Source: a virus
Taxonomy: Duplodnaviria > Caudoviricetes
Reading direction: 5' to 3' (one strand)
IMG/VR virus record: IMGVR_UViG_3300032320_001447
Span: 32,001-96,000 of that record
Length of the DNA stretch: 64,000 bases
Shown one piece after another: positions 28,546 to 37,460 of the stretch. Each line of letters opens with the position of its first letter. Positions within the stretch are counted from its first letter, which is position 1. The notes beneath the pieces were generated by a model, which was given only the letters and a program-made list of their open reading frames with translations, searched no databases and was not told the origin of the DNA. The translations under genes were made by a program, and so were the position numbers.

Positions 28546-29799
28546 TTAATTAAATTTACCTACTCCAACTATAATATCTGTTGCTTCTATACTATAACCT
28601 AATTGGGCCACATTCAAAGTTAAAGTTGAATAAGATCCATTGTTTACAAAACTTGTAATCGCCGCTGGCTCTACAAATTGACCATTTATAAAGAAAGTAA
28701 AATTCTCTGAAGTAAGACTTGGAGCTCCGGATGGAGGTATAGCCCAACCCAATCCAAAAATAACCGTATTCGAAGAGGTAAACGTTCCTGTAACCTCTTT
28801 TTGAGAGCTTAAGTAAGACAATATTGCCGGATCCAAGCCTCCGTTATTTATTTGTATAACTGTATTATTTCCATCAGATGCAAGAACATTGGCGAGTTTC
28901 TTAGCTGCCGGTTTCTTCGTATTAGCAGAGAATTGCTCTGCGCTATCCGATGTTTCAAGACCAAATAGTATCTGAGATGCCCCATAATATCTATTTGCGT
29001 TTGCCAGTTTTTTGTTGACACTGTCTGGTATTAAATATCCACTCAAAGTTAAGGTAAAAGAAGTCTTTATTGCTCTATCCTCTCCAATGTCGTAAGTTAT
29101 GCTGTCACTAAAAGTCTCTATTTGACTGTAAAATTGAAACTTATTAGGATCTCCCCAATAAGATCTTGAAGAAAAGTTTAAAGATTCAATCAATTTATCC
29201 ATCTGTTCAACTGAGTAAGTCCAAAGTAAGCATTCGAATTCTACAGTTACATAATCAGGAGTAACTGAAACTACATATTCTTTTTCAAGACTTCTATTGG
29301 TTAGTACGGCGAAGTTACCATAGTTGTTTCTTTGATTATATCTCTTCTCAAAAAGTTGAACGTTTCTTGAAACATTTCCGTCTATTTTGTTACCTAAATT
29401 TCTATTTGGAGTTGTCGTAGTTCTTTTGTACATTATTAATGGAGCTTGAAGCTTTCCATTTTTATCTCTGTAATATCCATCTCTTTGAATGCCTTTCCAA
29501 TTCTCAGGAGTTCCATAAATTACTGGAATTGTGATCTTATTATTGTTTTGTATTACGTAAAGTCTAAGAATATCGTTAAAGTAATAAGACACCGCGTCAG
29601 TTAAATCCTGCATGCCAATGTAAAAGTCTTTGTCTGTATCGCCTTTTACACTTATCTGTCTTGCTCTATTATTTTCTGGCTGACCTAGTTTAGCTGGATC
29701 TGAAAAAACACTGTTTGGATTACCCACTTGTTGATCGTAGGGAACTATCAACTTATTCATGAACTCTCTTCTATTTTCGGGTCTTACTACTTGATTCAT
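28546..29799 (-). CDS. putative tail terminator / tail completion protein (T4 gp15-like) with C-terminal extension
   Basis: IPVIYG.PE.W and P.YV.V.F....W...EQ motifs; position after gp13/gp14-like genes. Confidence 0.55.
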   Translation of the reverse strand: MNQVVRPENRREFMNKLIVPYDQQVGNPNSVFSDPAKLGQPENNRARQISVKGDTDKDFYIGMQDLTDAVSYYFNDILRLYVIQNNNKITIPVIYGTPENWKGIQRDGYYRDKNGKLQAPLIMYKRTTTTPNRNLGNKIDGNVSRNVQLFEKRYNQRNNYGNFAVLTNRSLEKEYVVSVTPDYVTVEFECLLWTYSVEQMDKLIESLNFSSRSYWGDPNKFQFYSQIETFSDSITYDIGEDRAIKTSFTLTLSGYLIPDSVNKKLANANRYYGASQILFGLETSDSAEQFSANTKKPAAKKLANVLASDGNNTVIQINNGGLDPAILSYLSSQKEVTGTFTSSNTVIFGLGWAIPPSGAPSLTSENFTFFINGQFVEPAAITSFVNNGSYSTLTLNVAQLGYSIEATDIIVGVGKFN

Positions 29800-30290
29800 T
29801 ATAAGCGTTGTTTTTCAATACCAAGCTTATCAGCGCTTGTATAGTGAGTTGTTAATATTATAGAAAACGAACTACCAAAATTTTCTAATCCACTAGAGTA
29901 GGCATAACTATTATCTTTACCTAAAACTAATTGATTCTCATTAACGTTATCAACTTCGTAATATAGTTCGTTGTACATAATTACGTCTCCAATTTCTGGT
30001 ACTACATTAGCATCAACTAAGTGATCTCTTAAAAATCTGTAAGTAACTGGTCTTTGTACGTCTAGACTTTGCTCTAATGTAGAAGTGCTAAAATCGCCCC
30101 TTTCTATTAAACAGTTAATTAACACAGGTCCTATATAATACCTGCTTGCGCCTTCTCCATAAGCGTTTATCGTTGTATCGTTTAACATATACTTGTAATA
30201 ACCCACTTGTTGAGAAATTACATTTTCCAACAACTCTCTTGCGATACCTTTGAAGGTGCTCACATCTCTAGAAGATCCAAATAGTGCCAT
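29799..30290 (-). CDS. putative neck / head-closure protein (T4 gp14-like)
   Basis: N.YGE...Y and PEIGDVIMY...YYEV motifs; synteny. Confidence 0.55.
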   Translation of the reverse strand: MALFGSSRDVSTFKGIARELLENVISQQVGYYKYMLNDTTINAYGEGASRYYIGPVLINCLIERGDFSTSTLEQSLDVQRPVTYRFLRDHLVDANVVPEIGDVIMYNELYYEVDNVNENQLVLGKDNSYAYSSGLENFGSSFSIILTTHYTSADKLGIEKQRL

Positions 30291-30291
30291 A

Positions 30292-31458
30292 TTATCCTAA
30301 GTAAACCATCATAGGTACTTCACTTAAAGTACTCGAGATGGATTGGTTTTCTGATTGTTTTCTTTCTAATTGTGCTCTGCGACTCATGTCTTCAAAATCT
30401 TGACGAAGTCTTTCACGTAAAGAGGCTTGTTGTGCTTGACCTTTAGAAATTAAGTCAGCGCCATTCAATGTTACCTCAGAACCTGGTGCAGGAACTTGAG
30501 TGTATTTACCTCTAATTAAACCTAAAAGCTCAGAAGCTAAAGCCAAAGTGTATTCAAATATCCACTGTTTACCAGGCTGATTTATTTGAACGTACGTAAT
30601 TGTGCCGTAAGGAACATTTGAAGGATTTGTAACCAAGCTTTTATTGTTTCCATAAGGGCTATTCTTTGTAGGATCAGAAAAGTCCGACTTCTTGGAATAC
30701 TTGATCCAAAGAACCATATCATCAGTCTCAGGTCTTGGTAATACAGTAAGTTTATTATTAGTTACTTCAAAAGAGAAAAAAGATCTTCTAACCTGATTCG
30801 ACATTTCTATCTCTTGAATTCTTTGAATGTCCCAATAAACCGGGAATAGAGTAAAATTTAAACCTGGGGAATAGCTCGCCCATCCAAAGTTTTCTGTTGC
30901 GCCTTGATAGTTAATAGATCCTCCAATGTATGGATCGTAAAACTGGTTTACTGCTGGATTTCCTTTATAAGAAACCTCCTGAATAACAATTCTGTCGCTT
31001 CCGCTAATGTGGCCATTGTCTACAGCCCATTTTTGCATATCGTAAACTTGAGTGCCCGATATTAAAGATATAGATCCAGAGTAATATTCTATTGTACCAC
31101 CAATTCCAACTTGCGCTCCGTAGTTATCAGCAATGGTAACTATAGAGTTCAAAGAAGGTACAACTACAGTATTATTTAATTGAGAACCTGTTGGAGCTCC
31201 TTCTAAACCTAGATAGTTGTCCTTTATTTTAGATTGGTAAAGCTCTTCAGAGTATACGGACACGGCCTCTTCGAAACAAGCGTATATGTTTAGGTCTTGC
31301 AATTCTACGTCCATAACTGGATATCCCAGCTTTCTAGCGCAGTAATTAGCTACTTTTGGTCCGTCAGTCTGAAATTGAGGATCTGAATCGTAATAACCAA
31401 ACGGTGTATTTCCTGATATTGCAATAGGTGTGCCGTCGTATATTGATGGATTTGCCAT
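30292..31458 (-). CDS. gp13: neck protein / head-tail adaptor (T4 gp13-like)
   Basis: RKLGYPVMDVEL...EEAV and WIFEYTLALA...LG.IRGKY...VTLNG..L motifs. Confidence 0.75.
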   Translation of the reverse strand: MANPSIYDGTPIAISGNTPFGYYDSDPQFQTDGPKVANYCARKLGYPVMDVELQDLNIYACFEEAVSVYSEELYQSKIKDNYLGLEGAPTGSQLNNTVVVPSLNSIVTIADNYGAQVGIGGTIEYYSGSISLISGTQVYDMQKWAVDNGHISGSDRIVIQEVSYKGNPAVNQFYDPYIGGSINYQGATENFGWASYSPGLNFTLFPVYWDIQRIQEIEMSNQVRRSFFSFEVTNNKLTVLPRPETDDMVLWIKYSKKSDFSDPTKNSPYGNNKSLVTNPSNVPYGTITYVQINQPGKQWIFEYTLALASELLGLIRGKYTQVPAPGSEVTLNGADLISKGQAQQASLRERLRQDFEDMSRRAQLERKQSENQSISSTLSEVPMMVYLG

Positions 31459-31471
31459 TAAATGCTTTCAA

Positions 31472-31479
31472 ATAAATAT
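31472..31479 (-). promoter_or_regulatory. putative late promoter ATATTTAT
   Basis: Motif upstream of the neck operon. Confidence 0.6.
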
Positions 31480-31512
31480 TTACGTAATGGGTAAAACCCC
31501 AATAAGCAAAAA

Positions 31513-32184
31513 CTATTCGTGAGCCTTGTATATTTCCAAGATATTTTCTACTATTGGGTCCCTATGATTGGTCTTTAAAGCAACCACTTCGAATCCTGGC
31601 ACTTCTTTGAAATTTGTACATATAAAATGGAAACCGCTCATTTTTCTGTCTTTAAGATCAATTTGAGCTGCGTCTCCACAAACAATCATTTTAGTTCCAA
31701 CGCATATTCTACCCAATAAAAGCTCCATCTGTCTGTTGGTTATGTTTTGAGCTTCGTCTACTACAACTAAACAGTTGCTTAAATTACGCCCTCTCATAAA
31801 CGCCAATGGAATTACTTCTATGCGACCATCTATTAATTCCTTGTCTATTTTTTCTTTGTTGTAAAGCCTATACATGTTGTCGTATATGGCCGCGGTGTAA
31901 GGTGCTAGTTTGTCTTCTTTGGTGCCAGGTAAAAAACCTATGTCCTCTCCAGAAGTTACAGCTGGTCTGGTTAAAATAATTCTGTCTATCTCTTTCCTAA
32001 ACAAAAGATCTAGAGCGATCTGTGCTGCTAACATGGATTTACCGGATCCGGCTTGTCCTTTTAAAACAGTTATTTTGTTATCGAGAATTATTGACTTGGC
32101 TTGCTTTTGCTCCTCGTTTAATGGAATTAAAAACTTAATTGGATTTTTAGGAGACTTTTTTGCGATCGAGTTCGTATCAGTCAT
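31513..32184 (-). CDS. phoH: PhoH-like ATPase
   Basis: GQAGSGKS Walker A; TRPAV, GFLPG, FMRGR, DEAQN, GD..Q.D and HR motifs. Confidence 0.93.
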   Translation of the reverse strand: MTDTNSIAKKSPKNPIKFLIPLNEEQKQAKSIILDNKITVLKGQAGSGKSMLAAQIALDLLFRKEIDRIILTRPAVTSGEDIGFLPGTKEDKLAPYTAAIYDNMYRLYNKEKIDKELIDGRIEVIPLAFMRGRNLSNCLVVVDEAQNITNRQMELLLGRICVGTKMIVCGDAAQIDLKDRKMSGFHFICTNFKEVPGFEVVALKTNHRDPIVENILEIYKAHE

Positions 32185-32200
32185 TCAAATACCTTTCTAG

Positions 32201-32208
32201 ATAAATAT
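32201..32208 (-). promoter_or_regulatory. putative late promoter ATATTTAT
   Basis: Motif between the capsid terminator and phoH. Confidence 0.6.
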
Positions 32209-32212
32209 GCAT

Positions 32213-32243
32213 AAAAAAAGACCCAACTTACGTTGGGCCTTTC
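32213..32243 (-). terminator. intrinsic terminator downstream of major capsid gene
   Basis: Minus strand: GGCCCAAC-GTAA-GTTGGGTC followed by T7. Confidence 0.85.
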
Positions 32244-32264
32244 TTATATAGATCTTAAAATAGA

Positions 32265-33986
32265 TTAAACTACTTGTAAGTCTGCTACTACTACTAAACC
32301 ATAGAATTCTGGACGGATCATAGTCATCGCGTAACGAGTCATGATACCTTTTCTTGGAGTGAAGGTATTTGGATCGTACACTAATGGAGTCATGATCAAT
32401 GGAACATATGGAGAATATACAGCACCAGCTTCTAAGAACTGAGTACCACGGAAACCTAACAAGATAACGTTTTCAGTCATGTAAGGATTCTTGTACACTT
32501 TGTAGCGGCTGTTTAAAGCACCTACTTTCTGAACACCGAATGCATATTTCATTGTATCTGCTGCACCGTCAGTATCAGCCGCAAATCCTGGGATTGATTC
32601 CAAGATTGTAGCTACTGCTGGAGAAACTACCATGAAGTTAGCGCCGCCACGTAAAGTACGTTGGTGAATGATGTTAGAAACTTTTTGTAACTTGATACCA
32701 ATAGTTTGGAACCAAGTCATTTGGTTGTAATACAAACCACTTGTATTAGAAGTAAACGCATTTTTAGAAGCGTTGATTTGATCACCAACTCTAGCTGACC
32801 AATACTCTACTGTTGGAGCGTTAGTAATTAACATATCTAAGATTTCTAAGTCGATCTCTAAAGAGATGTACTCAGATAATAAACCTGTTAATTCAGCTTC
32901 AGCATCTAAAGAATGGTAAGCGTTCAAATCTTGTGCAAATTCTGGAGTCCATTGTGCCTTTAACTTTTTAGTCTTAGCGCTGATAGTTTGAGACTTCATT
33001 TGTACGTTGATCTCAGGGATAACGATTGAAGTAGCAGAAGCAGCGTTAGGAACAGAGAAGCCTTGAGTAGCAGTTCTGTCTTCAAAATCACCTCTTGTAG
33101 CAAAATCAGTTGCTTTATTGTAATCAATCTCATAAGATCCTGTAGCTATTGTACGAATAGCTGTAGAAGAGCTTACATAAAAAGAAATTTGTCCTTGGTT
33201 AGCTGAGTTATAATTGGTGAATTGAGATAATACATTGCTTGAATTGATACTTGCAGCAGAGCTACTTATTTGGAAAGCTCTAATTGAATCTAAGTCAAAA
33301 TTAGGAAGAATCGCAGAAGCACTAAAGAAAGTGATTTTAGCGATTTGACCAGCAAGAAGAGATGCTGAGTAATCTGAATTAAACTCAAGTTCAGCGAAAT
33401 CTGACATTAATAATACTGAAGCTGTACCTGAGCTGATAGTTGGATAACCACCAGATGTAGATCCAGTCGCAGAAATTCTAGATGCAGAGAATTGGTTAGT
33501 TGAATAACCAAAACGGCCAGAACCATATAAAGCACCAGCAGCAGCGTTACCGAAGTTAGCTGTGTTTGTACCGTATAAAGAATCACCAGCAGTGAAAGGA
33601 GACTTATTGTTTCCGTATTGGAAATCTAAGAAGAATACTAAACCAGCAGGTAAGTTCATTGGTTGAACAGAAACGAATTCTTTTGCAGCGATTTGACCGA
33701 AGATCTTACGAACTAAAGGTAAAGCTACACCAGCCCATTGTTCTCCAGTGCCTGGAGTGAAAGTAGCGCCGTTTGAAACACCGCCACCTGTGTTAGAAGA
33801 CTCAACTACTAATTGCTTAGCTTGGTTTTCTAAGATCATAGCCATATTAGCTTGGTCGTTTCCTTCCAAACCTTCTAAAAGGCCAGATTTTGCCCACTTC
33901 TTAGAAAGCTTTTGAGCTACAGTAAACTGAGCTTGTTGAGCGTTCTGAGCAGACTCATTTAATAATGATTGTACTAAGTTTGCCAT
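32265..33986 (-). CDS. gp23: major capsid protein (T4 gp23-like)
   Basis: LENQ, VSVQPMNLPAGLVF, KLKAQWTPEFAQDLNAYH.LDAEAEL, YSPYVPL and P.KGIMTRYA motifs. Confidence 0.96.
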   Translation of the reverse strand: MANLVQSLLNESAQNAQQAQFTVAQKLSKKWAKSGLLEGLEGNDQANMAMILENQAKQLVVESSNTGGGVSNGATFTPGTGEQWAGVALPLVRKIFGQIAAKEFVSVQPMNLPAGLVFFLDFQYGNNKSPFTAGDSLYGTNTANFGNAAAGALYGSGRFGYSTNQFSASRISATGSTSGGYPTISSGTASVLLMSDFAELEFNSDYSASLLAGQIAKITFFSASAILPNFDLDSIRAFQISSSAASINSSNVLSQFTNYNSANQGQISFYVSSSTAIRTIATGSYEIDYNKATDFATRGDFEDRTATQGFSVPNAASATSIVIPEINVQMKSQTISAKTKKLKAQWTPEFAQDLNAYHSLDAEAELTGLLSEYISLEIDLEILDMLITNAPTVEYWSARVGDQINASKNAFTSNTSGLYYNQMTWFQTIGIKLQKVSNIIHQRTLRGGANFMVVSPAVATILESIPGFAADTDGAADTMKYAFGVQKVGALNSRYKVYKNPYMTENVILLGFRGTQFLEAGAVYSPYVPLIMTPLVYDPNTFTPRKGIMTRYAMTMIRPEFYGLVVVADLQVV

Positions 33987-34011
33987 TTGTTATGGAATTA
34001 AAATTTTTAAA

Positions 34012-35142
34012 TTATTTGATACCAGCTAATTTTTGCATTCTAGAGATAAAAGGATCTGATTCGATCGTTTGTGTCTGCTTAGGTGCAAGTCCAGCTGCTT
34101 GTGATGCAAAACCTTCGTTAATTGATTTCTTTTTAGAAACAGCGAAAGATTCATTTAAAGTAGCAAATGTGTTCTTAACTTCTTTAACTGTAGTAGCTCT
34201 ATCGAAAGCGTTGATAGCTTTGATCTTTTGAGATTCAGTTAATGATTTAGCTTTAAACAATTTGTTCATGAATAAGTACTTAGCGTTTAATAAGTTAACT
34301 TCTTTCAATTGAGTTTGTAAATAAGAGATTGTTTGATTTGCTTCTTTCAATTGTTTTTCAGTTCCAGGAACTACTAATTGCTCTTGCTCGTCCATCTCAT
34401 CTTTACCTTCTTCCATTTCTTCTTTCTTCTCTTCAACTTTTTCTTTTGAAGCTTCTTCTAATTCAGCAAAAATTTCGTCTAAATTGATGTCGTCAGTAGC
34501 TTCGTCGCCTTCTGCACCTTCTTCATCAGCTTGATAAGGAGCTAAAATGTCTTTTAATTGACCCAAAGTGATAGTGATTACTTTTTCTTCTTCTTCACCA
34601 TCCATTTCTTCTTCGTCATCCATTTCAACTTCTTCTTCACCGTCTTCTTCAGACTTTGCTTCGTAGTTCATGTCGTCTTCGCCTTCTTCCATTTCTTCTT
34701 CTGTGCCCTCTTCCATTTCGCCTTCGTGGTCTGCGCCTTCGTTAGCTAATGCTTCAAGTTCACCTAAGATTTCTTCAAGAGACGTTTCGTCCATTTCGTC
34801 AGCTTCATCCATCTCTTCAGTCTCGTCCATTTCCTCAGCTTCATCCATTTCTTCAGCCTCATCCATCTCTTCGGCTTCGTCCATTTCTTCTGCTTCGTCC
34901 ATTTCCTCAACTTCGTCAAGTTCTTCAGCATCTTTTTTGTGCTTCTTTTCCTCGACTTTGTGTTTCGCTTCGTCCATTTCTTCAGCTTCGTCCATTTCGT
35001 CAGCAGCTTCTTCAACGGTCTTGCGGAACATTTCTTTCAGTTTAGGTTCAAATGCTTCTTCTAATGCAGCTTTAGCGTTAGCCATGGCGCTAGCTCTTAG
35101 TGCTTTTGCGTCAGCAATTGCCTCTTTGTACAAATTTTCCAT
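34012..35142 (-). CDS. prohead scaffold/core protein (gp22-like position)
   Basis: Highly acidic coiled coil between the protease and capsid genes; EEMDEA hexapeptide repeats; C-terminal RMQKLAGI. Confidence 0.8.
   Translation of the reverse strand: MENLYKEAIADAKALRASAMANAKAALEEAFEPKLKEMFRKTVEEAADEMDEAEEMDEAKHKVEEKKHKKDAEELDEVEEMDEAEEMDEAEEMDEAEEMDEAEEMDETEEMDEADEMDETSLEEILGELEALANEGADHEGEMEEGTEEEMEEGEDDMNYEAKSEEDGEEEVEMDDEEEMDGEEEEKVITITLGQLKDILAPYQADEEGAEGDEATDDINLDEIFAELEEASKEKVEEKKEEMEEGKDEMDEQEQLVVPGTEKQLKEANQTISYLQTQLKEVNLLNAKYLFMNKLFKAKSLTESQKIKAINAFDRATTVKEVKNTFATLNESFAVSKKKSINEGFASQAAGLAPKQTQTIESDPFISRMQKLAGIK
34786..35010 (-). repeat. 18-bp (EEMDEA) tandem repeat array in scaffold gene
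   Basis: About ten imperfect GAAGAAATGGACGAAGCT-like units. Confidence 0.85.
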
Positions 35143-35166
35143 TTGTTATAAAATAATGTGTGTTCT

Positions 35167-35233
35167 GATTGCTTATTGTAATGTGAAGCAATATGTAGAT
35201 AAAATTCGTGTAGCTACCGCATTAGAAAGCGGT
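35167..35233 (-). promoter_or_regulatory. two-hairpin leader of scaffold/capsid mRNA
   Basis: ACCGC-UUUCUAAU-GCGGU and AUUGCUU-CACAUUACAAU-AAGCAAU in an about 100-nt leader. Confidence 0.45.
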
Positions 35234-35243
35234 GCATGTACCA

Positions 35244-35251
35244 ATAAATAC
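35244..35251 (-). promoter_or_regulatory. putative late promoter (GTATTTAT variant)
   Basis: One-mismatch copy upstream of the scaffold and capsid genes. Confidence 0.5.
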
Positions 35252-35286
35252 GGCACTTTTTTCGAAAAATATGTATATACTAAAAA

Positions 35287-35934
35287 TTATTTGGTCAAAC
35301 AACAAACTCCGCTCTGAGAACAGATTAGGTCTGAAATGAGACGGCTTGCTCTTTCGTACTTATTTGTCATAGCCATTTGTAAATCGATTGATTCTCTAAG
35401 ACCTGGTGCGCTTGGGTTGGCAACAGGCTTCATGTAAGCTCCGTAAGTTGATGGAGTGGAAACAAAGTCCCAACAAATAAGATCCAAGTCGTCTTCTACT
35501 TGAACCAAACCTTCGCCAATTGGAATAACAGATCCCAAAGCTCTAGAAGAGATGCCTACGGTGATGTTATTTGCGAAAAGTTGAGTAAGTATGTTTCCTG
35601 ATGGTGTAGGTAGGATTTCTATTTGACCGTAAAGATCTTTGTCTTGCCACCAAAGTTTAACGATGTTATGGCTAACGTTCTTTAAGTTAATAACCGTAGA
35701 CTCTGGGTGATCTAATTCTCCCAAAGCTCTATTTTCTCTGATTGGCCCGTTCATGTACTTTTCTACTTGCGTAAATAGTACTTCGTAAGGATATATTCTT
35801 TTGTTGGCATTTGGCTTATCGCATGCTTGCACTTGTCCGCTAACGATTAGGTTACCGTTTGTGTGTCTTCTACTCTCGTTCAATGAAACTGTAGGAGTAA
35901 AGTAAGCAGTCTCTATAAGTAATTGTTTTGCCAT
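35287..35934 (-). CDS. gp21: prohead protease (T4 gp21-like)
   Basis: N.NKRIYP, ALGELDHP, NVSH, TPSG.IL, GISSRALGS and DFVSTPS motifs. Confidence 0.93.
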   Translation of the reverse strand: MAKQLLIETAYFTPTVSLNESRRHTNGNLIVSGQVQACDKPNANKRIYPYEVLFTQVEKYMNGPIRENRALGELDHPESTVINLKNVSHNIVKLWWQDKDLYGQIEILPTPSGNILTQLFANNITVGISSRALGSVIPIGEGLVQVEDDLDLICWDFVSTPSTYGAYMKPVANPSAPGLRESIDLQMAMTNKYERASRLISDLICSQSGVCCLTK

Positions 35935-37313
35935 TATGCTACAGTTGTTGAGGTCGCAGATTTAATGCCCTTTTGTTTGTAATTTTGAGCTGTCTTCGTG
36001 CCTTTTCCAGTTGGAACTACGTCTAAAGTAACTTCTTGACCTTGAGGATTTTTACCTTTTACAATATCCATAGCTTCATCTACGTCTTTTTTCTTTTTAT
36101 CTAAACCCAAAGCCTTTCTTAGTTTTTCAACAATTCCCATAGTTTTCTTTTGGCGATCTGCGTCTATCTTAGAAGGGAAATCTGCAATTCCACCGAATGT
36201 TTTTTCTCCTTTTTTGTCCCAATCAGACCACATATTATCTCTTGCTTCTTTATCGTCAGCTTGAGATTTCATCGCGGCTAACTCTTTAGCTTTATCGATT
36301 ACGTTGCTTTGTCTGTTAATAATCATTGGCTCTTCGCCTTCTCTATGTATTTCTAATTCTAAAGTACCACCAATTATATTTTTTATAATACCGGTTTGAC
36401 TTTTGAATTCTTTAACGTCCTCTTCTGGTAAATCAACCTCTTGGCCCATGCCGTAAATAGGATGCATGTCCTCAGTTAACTCAACTTTTTTTTTAAGAAG
36501 GTCTTTTAAGATATCCAATTGAGCAGACTCTTTCATCATTTTAACACCTTTTGGATTACCTCTCTTATTCTCTTTCTTAGAAGCTTTTGTATTTGCTTTA
36601 GCATCGTTGAAGCCTTTAATCTTCTTCATGCCATTGTACTTATCAACAAAATTTCCGTCTTTAACTGGAGTCATGCCCAATCTAGCATCGGCTTTTTCAA
36701 TCTTTGCTGAGTTAGAAACTTGTAATTCGTCGTATGCAGTAGGATCTTTTGCTAATTTCTTAGTAGCTGTTGCAGTAGCTTTTGCGTAAGCCAAATTGTT
36801 AATTTGACCTCCTTTTAATAATTCTGCTTCAATGCCTTTCTTTAACAAGTAAGGATGGATGTTATCTGCAGCAGACGCTTCACTTAGAGATATTTTTTTT
36901 GCTGCTAAAGTTGGATCTTTTTTTGATGCGTTGTCCATGTAAGACTTATCTCCCCACCAAGCAATTACTGAATTGGTATCTGCGGTAGAATTGAATCTAG
37001 GCCCAGCTTTAAAAATATCTACGTGTTGTAGTTTGTTATTTGCGCGTATTAAGTTTTTTGCAAAACTCATAGCTTTTTGTACATCAGAAAACTTTTTAGC
37101 TTGTCTAATTCCATCAGAGTAATGAACTTCGTAATTCTCACTCATTTCTGATTCTTTAATAACGCCTTTGTTTTTAAGAATCTTAATAGAATCTTCGTAA
37201 GAAGTCATATTGGTGATAAAAGGTAACTGTTGGTCCCTTCTAACTTCGTATAAGAATTTTTCACGGCTGATTTCTCCGGCTCTGTGTTTCTTGAATAAGA
37301 TTGATACTGTCAT
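35934..37313 (-). CDS. hypothetical head-associated protein
   Basis: 459-aa charged ORF in the head operon, TAATG-coupled to the protease gene. Confidence 0.65.
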   Translation of the reverse strand: MTVSILFKKHRAGEISREKFLYEVRRDQQLPFITNMTSYEDSIKILKNKGVIKESEMSENYEVHYSDGIRQAKKFSDVQKAMSFAKNLIRANNKLQHVDIFKAGPRFNSTADTNSVIAWWGDKSYMDNASKKDPTLAAKKISLSEASAADNIHPYLLKKGIEAELLKGGQINNLAYAKATATATKKLAKDPTAYDELQVSNSAKIEKADARLGMTPVKDGNFVDKYNGMKKIKGFNDAKANTKASKKENKRGNPKGVKMMKESAQLDILKDLLKKKVELTEDMHPIYGMGQEVDLPEEDVKEFKSQTGIIKNIIGGTLELEIHREGEEPMIINRQSNVIDKAKELAAMKSQADDKEARDNMWSDWDKKGEKTFGGIADFPSKIDADRQKKTMGIVEKLRKALGLDKKKKDVDEAMDIVKGKNPQGQEVTLDVVPTGKGTKTAQNYKQKGIKSATSTTVA

Positions 37314-37317
37314 ATTG

Positions 37318-37325
37318 ATAAATAT
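37318..37325 (-). promoter_or_regulatory. putative late promoter ATATTTAT
   Basis: Motif immediately upstream of the start at 37313. Confidence 0.5.
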
Positions 37326-37459
37326 TATCTTCCTTGACCTTGATAGGTTTTTGGTCTTGGACTGTGCTTATTAAAACTCTTTTTACCTCCAGGTTGCCCT
37401 GATTTTCTTTTTCCGAAAACTAATTTTTCACTGCTTCCGGCTGACTTTATTTTTGCCAT
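37325..37459 (-). CDS. 44-aa basic protein ending K.YQGQGR
   Basis: Manual translation MAKIKSAGSSEKLVFGKRKSGQPGGKKSFNKHSPRPKTYQGQGR; fills the gap in the head operon exactly. Confidence 0.75.
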   Translation of the reverse strand: MAKIKSAGSSEKLVFGKRKSGQPGGKKSFNKHSPRPKTYQGQGR

Positions 37460-37460
37460 G

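Noticed and set aside
34786-35010. Possible CRISPR-like array
   Set aside because: Repeats are contiguous, in-frame and coding, with no unique spacers.
34670-35317. Ser-rich plus-strand ORF and other alternative-frame ORFs over the scaffold gene
   Set aside because: Antisense or alternative frames of the 18-bp EEMDEA repeat.
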